64,000 nucleotides of DNA from Paludibacteraceae bacterium (GTDB lineage: Bacteria; Bacteroidota; Bacteroidia; Bacteroidales; Paludibacteraceae). Below the pieces are notes generated by a model, which searched no databases, was not told the DNA's origin, and was given only the letters and a program-made list of their open reading frames with translations. The stretch is taken from assembly GCA_045654945.1 (NCBI GenBank), contig JAZOOG010000017.1, positions 46,066 to 110,065 of the forward strand, given 5' to 3'. Of the stretch, positions 38,433 through 46,111 are shown piece after piece (the first letter of the stretch is position 1; every line of letters starts with the position of its first letter). The position numbers and the translations under genes are program-made.

Positions 38433-39724
38433 CACAGATACCTCATCCACTCCGCCATTTTCTGTTCTTGCGGGCTGCCTTGCGCCTGCCAGAGTCGTGT
38501 GCCTTGCAGCGCATCGGGCATGAACTGTTGTTTGACAAAGTGGTTCGGATAGTCGTGCGCATACTTATATCCCTCGCCGTATCCCAACTCGTCCATGAGC
38601 TTCGTGGGCGCATTGCGCAGATGCAATGGCACTGGCAGGTTGCCTGTCTTCTCCACCAACTCCAGTGCCTGATTGATTGCTAAATATGCGGAGTTGGATT
38701 TCTGCGAAGTGGCGAGATACACTGTCGCCATCGCCAGCGGTATGCGTCCTTCGGGCCAACCTATTTTCTGCAATGTGTCGAAGCATGCGTTGGCCACCAA
38801 CATCGCATTGGGGTTCGCCAACCCTATATCTTCGCTCGCGGAGATCACCAAACGGCGGGCTATAAATTTCGGGTCTTCGCCTGCGGCTACCATGCGTGCC
38901 AACCAGTACAGTGCTGCATCGGGGTCGCTGCCGCGGATCGACTTGATAAACGCGGAGATGATGTCATAATGCAGTTCACCGTCCTTATCGTATGCCACGG
39001 GGTTCTGCTGCAGCTGCTTGGTGACGGTCTCGTTGTCCAGTATTTTGACCCCTGCATTGGTGACCAATTCCACGATGTTGAGCAGTTTGCGTGCATCGCC
39101 ACCCGAATAGCGTAGTATGCTTTCTGTCTCGCGCAGTTCGATATGCATACTGCGGATATACGCATCTTCGGTCAGTGCGCGTTGCAGCAGTTCCAGCAGG
39201 TCCTCTTTCTCCAATGACTTCAGCACATACACTTGACAGCGACTCAGCAGTGGTGTAATAACCTCAAACGATGGGTTCTCTGTGGTAGCACCTATCAGGG
39301 TGATAGTTCCATCTTCTACTGCGCCTAATAGACTGTCTTGCTGCGACTTAGAGAAACGGTGAATCTCATCGATAAACAATATCGCTCGCCCGACTCCCGA
39401 TTCCCGATTCCCGATACCCGATTCCCGATCTCCAAACAACCCTCTATCCATCGCCGCAAATCGTTTCGCTTTATCGATCACCTCACGCACTTCTTTCACA
39501 CCGCTGGTAACGGCGCTGAGGGTGTAGAACGGACGTTCCAACTGGTGTGCGATGATGCGTGCCAGTGTGGTCTTGCCCACGCCTGGAGGCCCCCAAAGGA
39601 TAAAGGACGACAGACTGCCGTTCTCTATCATCTGTCGTAGGACGGCTCCTTCGCCTACCAGGTGCTTTTGTCCTATGTATTCATTGAGCGTCTTCGGACG
39701 CAATCGCTCTGCTAATGGCAACAT
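38414..39724 (-). CDS. rarA: Replication-associated recombination protein A (MgsA/RarA AAA+ ATPase)
   Basis: LWGPPGVGKTTLA, FIDEIHRFSKSQQD, MgsA C-terminal domain. It contains the in-frame insert GDRESGIGNRESGVGR from a CGGGAAT heptamer array. Confidence 0.92.
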   Translation of the reverse strand: MLPLAERLRPKTLNEYIGQKHLVGEGAVLRQMIENGSLSSFILWGPPGVGKTTLARIIAHQLERPFYTLSAVTSGVKEVREVIDKAKRFAAMDRGLFGDRESGIGNRESGVGRAILFIDEIHRFSKSQQDSLLGAVEDGTITLIGATTENPSFEVITPLLSRCQVYVLKSLEKEDLLELLQRALTEDAYIRSMHIELRETESILRYSGGDARKLLNIVELVTNAGVKILDNETVTKQLQQNPVAYDKDGELHYDIISAFIKSIRGSDPDAALYWLARMVAAGEDPKFIARRLVISASEDIGLANPNAMLVANACFDTLQKIGWPEGRIPLAMATVYLATSQKSNSAYLAINQALELVEKTGNLPVPLHLRNAPTKLMDELGYGEGYKYAHDYPNHFVKQQFMPDALQGTRLWQAQGSPQEQKMAEWMRYLWGEERG

Positions 39725-39725
39725 C

Positions 39726-39880
39726 TGTTTTTAGTTTTTAGTTTTAAGTGTAGAGTGTAGGGTGTAGAGTGTAATGGCTGGTAATATGCGGCTTTGCCGC
39801 TATTCGTGCCTTTAACCTTTCGCCTTTAACCTTTCGCCTTTAACCTCTCGCCTTTAACCTCATCGCCTCCTCGCCTATAT
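39726..39880. repeat. Composite element: TAGTTTT and AGTGTAG (R2, reverse) arrays, core GCGGCTTTGCCGCTATTCGTGCC, then R1 array
   Basis: tgtttttagtttttagttttaagtgtagagtgtagggtgtagagtgta, atggctggtaatatgcggctttgccgctattcgtgcc, then tttaacctttcgcctttaacctttcgcctttaacctctcgcctttaacctcatcgcctcctcgcc. It fills the recN|rarA spacer and reaches the recN stop. Confidence 0.9.
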
Positions 39881-41506
39881 CCTCCTCATTTTCTCTATCT
39901 CCTCCTCATGCTCTTCAGCGCTCAGTTCGCGGATATGTGTTTCGGTGCGGACCTCTGTATCCTCTTTATATACTAAGTAGTGGTGTTCGCCTTTCGTGGC
40001 CACCTGTGGCAGGTGGGTGATGCTTATCACCTGACGCGAGACGGCCATCTGCCGCATGATCTCACCCATCTGACTGGCTATCGCTCCGCTCACACCTGTG
40101 TCTATTTCGTCAAAGATAATCGTCGGTAGTCCGTTATTGCGGGCTATTAACGCTTTGATACACAGCATCAGTCGGCTGATCTCACCGCCCGATGCCACTT
40201 CCGCTACGCGACGTAGCGATTGGTTCAGGTTCGCAGCGAACATAAACTGCACATTGTCTTTTCCCGTCTCTTGGTACTCTTCTGTGGGCTGAATCTCCAC
40301 GGCTACTTTAGCGTGCGCTACACCCAATCCCTGCATATCCTTCACCAACTGCTCTGCTATTGTCTGTGTCACTGCTTGGCGCGACTGCGTCAGCTGGCTC
40401 GCCTCTTCGCTCAGTCTCTCCAGGGCCTGCTCCGCTTGCGCTTGCAGTTTCTCCAGTTCCTCGTCCATATTCTCCAATCGTTGCACCTGTGTCTCTAATT
40501 CGTCGCGCAATGCTATCAGTTCCTCCACAGTCTGCACATGGTGTTTCTTCATCAGCGTCTGCAGCATACTCAGTCGCTCCTGCACCTGCTCCAGGCGCAT
40601 AGGGTCGATCTCTGTGCGATCGTACTGGCGTTGGATATCCGATACTATATCTTTCAACTCAATCTCTACACTGCTGAGACGCTCTTCTATCTCCGATGCC
40701 CGATTTCCTATACCCGACCTACTGGCATGTATGAGCGACAATGCGCCCTGATCGCTATCCAATTGCTGTAGGGCAGTCGCGAGGGCAGACTGTATCTCTT
40801 CGGCATGTGCCAAACGATACTCCTCTTCTTCCAATGCCTCCATCTCGCCTGCCATCAGCTGAGCTTCTGCCAACTGATGGTATTGCCATTGCATATAGTC
40901 CGCATCCGTCTGCGCTTTCTTGGCCATTGCTTGTGCTTCGCGCAGACTGGTCATTGCTGCCTGATAGGAGGTGTACGCTTCGTTATATGCCTCGCGCTCG
41001 GCTCCGTTGCCTGCTATCGCATCCACCACTGCTATCTGAAACAGGTCATCGCCTATCATCAGACTCTCGTGCTGCGAATGGATGTCTATGAGTTGGCGAG
41101 CCAATGCTTTCAGCTCCGTTTGCGTCACCACCTCGTCGTTCACGAACGACCGCGAACGTCCATTCTGATTAAGTTCCCTACGGATAATTACCTCTCGCCT
41201 CTCGCCTCTCGCCTCATCACCTTTAGCCTTTAGCCTCTCGCCTTTCGCCTCCTCGCCTTTAGCCTCTCGCCTCTCGCCTCTCGCCTCATCGCCTTTTGCC
41301 TCAAACGTCGCCTCTATCACGCATCGCTCCTCACCTTCGGTGATGCTCTTGCTGTCGGCGCGAGCGCCCATCACCAAGTTCAGCGCACCCAGTATGATGC
41401 TCTTACCGGCACCCGTCTCACCCGTCATAACGGAGAATCCCTCACGGAAATCAATGTCCAAATGAGAGATAAGTGCGTAGTTGCGTATGTGTAGATGACT
41501 TAGCAT
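39875..41506 (-). CDS. recN: DNA repair protein RecN
   Basis: MLSHLHIRNYALI..., Walker A GETGAGKS, SMC-like coiled coil, C-terminal SGGE signature. The start is set at ATG 41506, downstream of the -7 box. It has a ~37-aa repeat-encoded insert: EAKGDEARGERREAKGEEAKGERLKAKGDEARGERRE. Confidence 0.92.
   Translation of the reverse strand: MLSHLHIRNYALISHLDIDFREGFSVMTGETGAGKSIILGALNLVMGARADSKSITEGEERCVIEATFEAKGDEARGERREAKGEEAKGERLKAKGDEARGERREVIIRRELNQNGRSRSFVNDEVVTQTELKALARQLIDIHSQHESLMIGDDLFQIAVVDAIAGNGAEREAYNEAYTSYQAAMTSLREAQAMAKKAQTDADYMQWQYHQLAEAQLMAGEMEALEEEEYRLAHAEEIQSALATALQQLDSDQGALSLIHASRSGIGNRASEIEERLSSVEIELKDIVSDIQRQYDRTEIDPMRLEQVQERLSMLQTLMKKHHVQTVEELIALRDELETQVQRLENMDEELEKLQAQAEQALERLSEEASQLTQSRQAVTQTIAEQLVKDMQGLGVAHAKVAVEIQPTEEYQETGKDNVQFMFAANLNQSLRRVAEVASGGEISRLMLCIKALIARNNGLPTIIFDEIDTGVSGAIASQMGEIMRQMAVSRQVISITHLPQVATKGEHHYLVYKEDTEVRTETHIRELSAEEHEEEIEKMRRI
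41190..41300. repeat. R1 heptamer array of about 110 bp inside the recN coding sequence
   Basis: cctctcgcctctcgcctctcgcctcatcacctttagcctttagcctctcgcctttcgcctcctcgcctttagcctctcgcctctcgcctctcgcctcatcgcc. Confidence 0.9.
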
Positions 41507-41516
41507 AATTTCGCTG

Positions 41517-41550
41517 CAAAGGTACAAAAAAATATGCATATATGCAAATT
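41517..41550 (-). promoter_or_regulatory. recN promoter
   Basis: The minus strand reads aaTTTGcatatatgcatatttttttgTACCTTTGcagc, 10 nt before the ATG at 41506. Confidence 0.6.
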
Positions 41551-41592
41551 CAATCCCAAAAAATACGAAAAATGTAGCAATAATTACGAAAT

Positions 41593-41625
41593 GTTTGGTT
41601 ATTTCAAAATTTCTTTGTACCTTTG
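41593..41625 (+). promoter_or_regulatory. Promoter for the 5-alpha-reductase-like gene, divergent from recN
   Basis: atgTTTGgttatttcaaaatttctttgTACCTTTG. Confidence 0.6.
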
Positions 41626-41651
41626 TCCGCGAATTTTTAATAATACAGCTT

Positions 41652-42437
41652 ATGGATATTTCTACACTCGAATCGTTTTATAATTTCCTCTTCGTGCTAT
41701 TCCTTGTCGGATTAGTAGTTTTTGTGGCATTGTATTTTGTGGATGCGGGTTATGGCAAGATGCGTTCAGAGAAGTGGGGCCCCGCTATCAATAATAAGGT
41801 GGGTTGGTGCCTCATGGAGATGCCTGTCTTTGTGGTGATGCTCTATCTCTGGGCGTTGTCCGATGTCAAGTTCCAGTTGCCTTATTTGGTCTTCTTCTTG
41901 ATTTTCCAGTTCCACTATTTTCAACGCTCCTTCATCTTTCCTTTCCTGTTGAAGGGCAATAGCAAGATGCCACTGATGATTATGTTCTTCTCTATGGTGT
42001 GGAATTTGGTCAATGGCTATATCCAGGGCTATTGGCTTTTCCATTTGGCACCTGTTTTTGCTTCGCATCTCTACACGCCTGCGTGGTTCTCTGACCCTCG
42101 CTTCATTGTAGGTGCAGTGATTTTTGTGGCTGGTTGGGTCATCAATATGCACTCCGACCATGTCATTCGTCATTTGCGCAAACCGGGTGATACCAATCAC
42201 TATTTGCCTAAGAAGGGTATGTACCGATTTGTCACCAGTGCCAACTACTTGGGTGAAATCACCGAGTGGCTCGGCTTTGCTATTCTGACTTGGTCTTGGG
42301 CAGGACTAACTTTCTTCTGGTTCTCGTGCTGCAATCTGGTTCCTCGTGCCAATTCTATTTACAACAAATATAAACAGGAGTTTGCTTCCGAGTTCGACGA
42401 GAAACGCCTCAAACGCATCATTCCGTTTATCTACTAA
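41652..42437 (+). CDS. 3-oxo-5-alpha-steroid 4-dehydrogenase (steroid 5-alpha-reductase) family membrane protein
   Basis: LRKPGDTNHYLPKKGMYRFVTSANYLGEITEWLGFA and ...RIIPFIY align closely with the SRD5A C-terminal signature (LRKPGDTGYKIPRGGLFEYV..ANYFGEI.EW.G.A ... IIPF). Multi-TM. The start is set at ATG 41652. Confidence 0.85.
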   Translation: MDISTLESFYNFLFVLFLVGLVVFVALYFVDAGYGKMRSEKWGPAINNKVGWCLMEMPVFVVMLYLWALSDVKFQLPYLVFFLIFQFHYFQRSFIFPFLLKGNSKMPLMIMFFSMVWNLVNGYIQGYWLFHLAPVFASHLYTPAWFSDPRFIVGAVIFVAGWVINMHSDHVIRHLRKPGDTNHYLPKKGMYRFVTSANYLGEITEWLGFAILTWSWAGLTFFWFSCCNLVPRANSIYNKYKQEFASEFDEKRLKRIIPFIY

Positions 42438-42470
42438 GTCTCATAATTCAAAATTCATAATTCAAAATTT
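42437..42470. repeat. Heptamer array, TTCATAA/TTCAAAA family (R5)
   Basis: agtctcataattcaaaattcataattcaaaatt fills the spacer up to the next start codon. Confidence 0.8.
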
Positions 42471-42471
42471 G

Positions 42472-43713
42472 ATGAGCAATCTCCTTTTCACCGAGCACCA
42501 GCTCGGACCTATCACCTTGCGCAACCGCGCTATCCGTTCGGCTGCTTTCGAGAATATGGCTTACGGCAACCGTCCCAGCCAGGACCTCTATAACTACCAC
42601 ACCGCTGTGGCGCGTGGTGGTGCAGCTATGACCACTGTGGCATACTGCTCTGTCACCCGTTCGGGCGTCTCTTTCGATGGCCAACTCTATATCCACGACG
42701 AGATCAAGGACGACCTCAAGCGCCTCACCGATGGTATCCACGCCGAGGGCGCCAAGGCCAGTATCCAGCTCGGTCACTGTGGCAATATGACCCACTTCTA
42801 TACCTGCAAGTGCCTACCTGTAGGTGCCAGCACGGGCTTCAACCTCTATTCGCCTACGCTCCACCGCGCGCTGCGCAAAGACGAGATTCAGGACATCGTC
42901 CATGCTTTTGGCCATGCCGTGGATTTCTGCCGCGAGTGTGGTTTTGACTGTGTGGAGATCCATGCAGGCCATGGCTATCTTATTTCGCAATTCCTCTCGC
43001 CTTATACCAATCACCGTCGCGATGAGTACGGTGGCTCGCTCGAGAACCGTATGCGTTTCATGAACGAAGTCATGGCGGAGGTCATGAAGCACGCAGGCAA
43101 CGATATGGCGGTGGTAGTCAAGACCAATATGTACGATGGCTTCAAGTCGGGCTTGAAGGTCGAGGAGTGCATTCGCATCGCACAGGAGATTGAGAAGCAC
43201 GGCGTGCATGCATTGGTGTTGACAGCTGGCTTCGTGAGCAAGGCACCTTTCACCGTGATGGGTGGTGCTATGCCTATCAAGACCTTGGCGCACTATATGA
43301 ATCCTTGGTCTTTCTGGTGGTTGCGTTTGGCGTTGCGTTTCGTGGGTCATCTGATGATTCCTACGGTGCCTTTCAAGGAGCTTTTCTTCCTCGATACGGC
43401 CAAGCAGTTCCGCAAGGCGCTGAAGATGCCGCTTATTTATGTGGGTGGAGTCATGGGTCGTGAGAATGCGGAGACGGCATTGGCGGCGGGCTTTGATTTT
43501 GTACAGATTGGCCATGCTCTGGTGCGTGATACGGATTTTGTGAATAAGATGCGTGAGGAGCAGTATCATTCGGAGTGTAAGCGTAGCAATTATTGTGTGG
43601 CGCGCATGTACACTCTGGACATGAAGTGCCATGAGTGCGATAAGGATATCCCAGCTTACCTCAAGCGCGAAGCGCTCAAGTACGAGCAGATGTGGTATCC
43701 CGAGAAGAAGTAG
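42472..43713 (+). CDS. Old-yellow-enzyme family NADH:flavin oxidoreductase (BaiCD/BaiH / 2,4-dienoyl-CoA-reductase N-terminal type)
   Basis: HAGHGYLISQFLSPYTNHRRDEYGGSLENRMRF is the OYE signature. A C-terminal Cys cluster (CKRSNYCVARMYTLDMKCHEC) is present. There is no C-terminal FAD/NAD(P) domain. The start is set at ATG 42472. Confidence 0.8.
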   Translation: MSNLLFTEHQLGPITLRNRAIRSAAFENMAYGNRPSQDLYNYHTAVARGGAAMTTVAYCSVTRSGVSFDGQLYIHDEIKDDLKRLTDGIHAEGAKASIQLGHCGNMTHFYTCKCLPVGASTGFNLYSPTLHRALRKDEIQDIVHAFGHAVDFCRECGFDCVEIHAGHGYLISQFLSPYTNHRRDEYGGSLENRMRFMNEVMAEVMKHAGNDMAVVVKTNMYDGFKSGLKVEECIRIAQEIEKHGVHALVLTAGFVSKAPFTVMGGAMPIKTLAHYMNPWSFWWLRLALRFVGHLMIPTVPFKELFFLDTAKQFRKALKMPLIYVGGVMGRENAETALAAGFDFVQIGHALVRDTDFVNKMREEQYHSECKRSNYCVARMYTLDMKCHECDKDIPAYLKREALKYEQMWYPEKK

Positions 43714-43715
43714 TT

Positions 43716-43748
43716 TCTCGGCTATTGGCTATTGGCTATCGGCTATAA
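43716..43748. repeat. R4 heptamer array (GGCTATT x ~4)
   Basis: tttctcggctattggctattggctatcggctataag, immediately after the stop codon. Confidence 0.85.
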
Positions 43749-43782
43749 GATTAAGCGGTTGAGCGCAGCGTTATTCGGGGAT

Positions 43783-44040
43783 TTTTTTATATTTTTGTAG
43801 CGAAGCGTATTTTGTATGAAAAGATAATTGATTTTAATTGTCTCTCAAGTTGTCTAAGTTGTCTGATAAATAATCATTTTTGTTTTGGGTTGCCAGCGAC
43901 GTGTCGCTCTTCCAACCCAAACAAAAAATCCCCCTTGAATTGACAATAATTAACACCTTAATTGACGTCTATTGTCTTAAAAACATAACCTGTTATTTAT
44001 ATATATTTTTGTAGCGAAGCGTATTTTTGTATTAAAAAAA
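43783..44040 (+). repeat. Intergenic cassette of about 260 bp, copy A (promoter-like module, hairpin, promoter-like module)
   Basis: Near-identical to 46110-46376. It starts and ends with ATATTTTTGTAG-CGAAGC-GTATTTTTGTAT. It contains AGTTGTCT x3 and the extended hairpin TTTTTGTTTTGGGTTG...CAACCCAAACAAAAAA (43877-43927). Confidence 0.85.
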
Positions 44041-44056
44041 TAAACTAAAAAAGAAC

Positions 44057-44884
44057 ATGCTTTCACTTGTCACAGGCGCCTCATCGGGCATTGGCCTCCA
44101 ATACGCCACCCAGCTTGCGCGCGATTACCATACCGACCTCTTGCTGGTCAGCAACCAGCAGCAGGAGCTTCAGCAGGTAGCCACCGAATTGGCTGCTCAA
44201 TACGGTGTTCGTACGATTCCGCTCTACGCGGACCTCTCCCAGCCAGACGCTGCGGAGCGCTTGCACCAGTATTGTCTGGACAACCACCTCGTGGTGGATA
44301 TCCTCATCAACAATGCGGGTGTCTTTTTCTTCAATCCCTATTGCGAGACCTCGATGAAGCGTATCGAGTTGATTCTCAACCTCCATATGATCACCGTGGC
44401 TAAACTCTGCCGCTTGTTTGGCGAGCAGATGATCCATCGCCAGTTGACTGCCGACGAGCAGTCGCAGACTATCTGTGGCAAGGCGCGCCAGAAGGGTTAT
44501 ATCCTCAATATGTCTTCCATGTCTGCATGGATGGCTATGCCGGGTATCCAGTCTTATAATGCTACCAAGGCTTTCATCTACAATTTCTCCAAGTCCTTGT
44601 GGTACGAACTGCGCCCTAAGGGTGTGTCTATCACTGTCATGACACCGGGTGCGGTAGATACGGCGCTATTTGGTCTCGCGCCTCATCTGCGCCGTCTGGC
44701 GGTAGCCTTGACGGTCTCTATCCCGCCGGAGAAACTGGTCAAGCGTGCATTGCGTAAGATGTTCCGTGGCAAGAAGGCTGATATGCCGGGTGTCATCAAC
44801 TGGCTGGCGACTCCATTGCTCAAGCACACCCCGGACTGGCTGGTGTTCTTGGTGATGAAGTTCATCGGCAAATACCAAAAATAA
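44057..44884 (+). CDS. Short-chain dehydrogenase/reductase (candidate hydroxysteroid dehydrogenase)
   Basis: TGASSGIG, NNAG and S...YNATK are the classical SDR motifs. Confidence 0.85.
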   Translation: MLSLVTGASSGIGLQYATQLARDYHTDLLLVSNQQQELQQVATELAAQYGVRTIPLYADLSQPDAAERLHQYCLDNHLVVDILINNAGVFFFNPYCETSMKRIELILNLHMITVAKLCRLFGEQMIHRQLTADEQSQTICGKARQKGYILNMSSMSAWMAMPGIQSYNATKAFIYNFSKSLWYELRPKGVSITVMTPGAVDTALFGLAPHLRRLAVALTVSIPPEKLVKRALRKMFRGKKADMPGVINWLATPLLKHTPDWLVFLVMKFIGKYQK

Positions 44885-44917
44885 TTCCTAATTCAAAATT
44901 CATAATTCATAATTCAA
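44884..44917. repeat. R5 heptamer array
   Basis: attcctaattcaaaattcataattcataattcaa runs from the stop codon to the gmd ATG. Confidence 0.8.
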
Positions 44918-46021
44918 ATGAAGACCGCTCTTATTACAGGTATAACGGGTCAAGACGGCTCGTATTTGGCAGAATTTCTCTTGGAGAAAGGCTACGATGT
45001 GCATGGCATCATTCGCCGTAGTTCAGTGGACTACCGCGAGCGTATTGCGCATCTCGAAGGTAAAGAACATTTCCACCTCCACTATGGCGATATGTCCGAC
45101 TCCATGGGCCTCATTCAGGTGATTGGTAAGGTGCGTCCAGACGAGATCTACAACTTAGCAGCGCAGAGCCATGTGCAGGTCAGCTTCGACTCGCCTGAGT
45201 TCACCGCCGACATCGATGCTACGGGCGTTCTGCGCGTCTTGGAGGCAGTGCGTGCCTGCGGACTCACCCACACCTGCCGTATCTACCAGGCTTCTACTTC
45301 TGAGCTCTATGGCAAGGTAGAGGAGGTGCCACAAAACGAGAATACGCCTTTCCACCCTTATTCGCCTTATGCTGTAGCCAAGCTCTATGGCTATTGGATT
45401 GTCAAGGAGTACCGCGAGGCATATAATATGTTCTGCTGTTCGGGTATCTTGTTCAACCACGAGTCGGAGCGCCGTGGCGAGACTTTCGTAACGCGTAAGA
45501 TCACCCTCGCGGCAGCGCGCATCGCACAGGGCAAGCAGGAGAAACTCTATTTGGGCAACCTCTCTTCGTTGCGCGATTGGGGCTATGCCAAGGATTATGT
45601 AGAATGTATGTGGCTCATCTTGCAGCACGAGACACCCGAGGATTTTGTTATTGCTACGGGCGAGCAGCACTCGGTGCGTGAGTTCTGCGATTTGGCTTTC
45701 CGCGAGGCGGGTATCACCTTGGAGTTCCGTGGCGAGGGTGCTGAGGAGACGGGTGTTTGCGTAGAGGGTCCTAAGCATTTGTTGGGCAAGACATTGGTAG
45801 AGGTGTCGCCTGATTTCTATCGTCCAACGGATGTGGTGAACTTGTGGGGTGACCCTACCAAGGCCAAGAAGGCGTTGGGTTGGAATCCATCGAAGACTAC
45901 TTTTGAGGAGTTGGTTCGTTTGATGGTGCGCCACGATATGCAGAAGGTGGCTGCGGACCACGCAGCGGAGCAGGCTCGTGTGAATCTTGCCGAATACCTC
46001 GAACGCGGCATTGTTAAGTAG
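44918..46021 (+). CDS. gmd: GDP-mannose 4,6-dehydratase
   Basis: [40 protein letters not shown]. Confidence 0.95.
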   Translation: MKTALITGITGQDGSYLAEFLLEKGYDVHGIIRRSSVDYRERIAHLEGKEHFHLHYGDMSDSMGLIQVIGKVRPDEIYNLAAQSHVQVSFDSPEFTADIDATGVLRVLEAVRACGLTHTCRIYQASTSELYGKVEEVPQNENTPFHPYSPYAVAKLYGYWIVKEYREAYNMFCCSGILFNHESERRGETFVTRKITLAAARIAQGKQEKLYLGNLSSLRDWGYAKDYVECMWLILQHETPEDFVIATGEQHSVREFCDLAFREAGITLEFRGEGAEETGVCVEGPKHLLGKTLVEVSPDFYRPTDVVNLWGDPTKAKKALGWNPSKTTFEELVRLMVRHDMQKVAADHAAEQARVNLAEYLERGIVK

Positions 46022-46029
46022 TATCCTTT

Positions 46030-46111
46030 CCCCTCCCTTCAAGGGAGGTTGGGAGAGAATCCTTGAAATTTCCGAAGGACATTGTACAATAGTGGTAGTG
46101 AGTAGCAGCAT
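46030..46111 (+). repeat. Dispersed repeat CCTCCCTTCAAGGGAGG...CCGAAGGACATTGTA.AATAGTGGTAGT.AGTAGCAGCAT, copy 1 (3'-truncated)
   Basis: The same sequence occurs at 47461-47562 and partly at 60675-60740. It starts with the hairpin CCTCCCTTCAAGGGAGG just after the gmd stop. Confidence 0.8.

Noticed and set aside
31441-41300. Whether the short tandem arrays could be CRISPR arrays.
   Set aside because: The units are 7 bp (or 10 bp) with no unique spacers between them. The total lengths are 25-150 bp. No cas genes or leader are present.
42814-46111. Long antisense ORFs of 272 aa (42814-43632, opposite the OYE gene) and 318 aa (45155-46111, opposite gmd).
   Set aside because: The sense-strand products have strong family signatures. 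The antisense translations are Arg/His/Leu-rich with no recognisable domain, promoter or start context.
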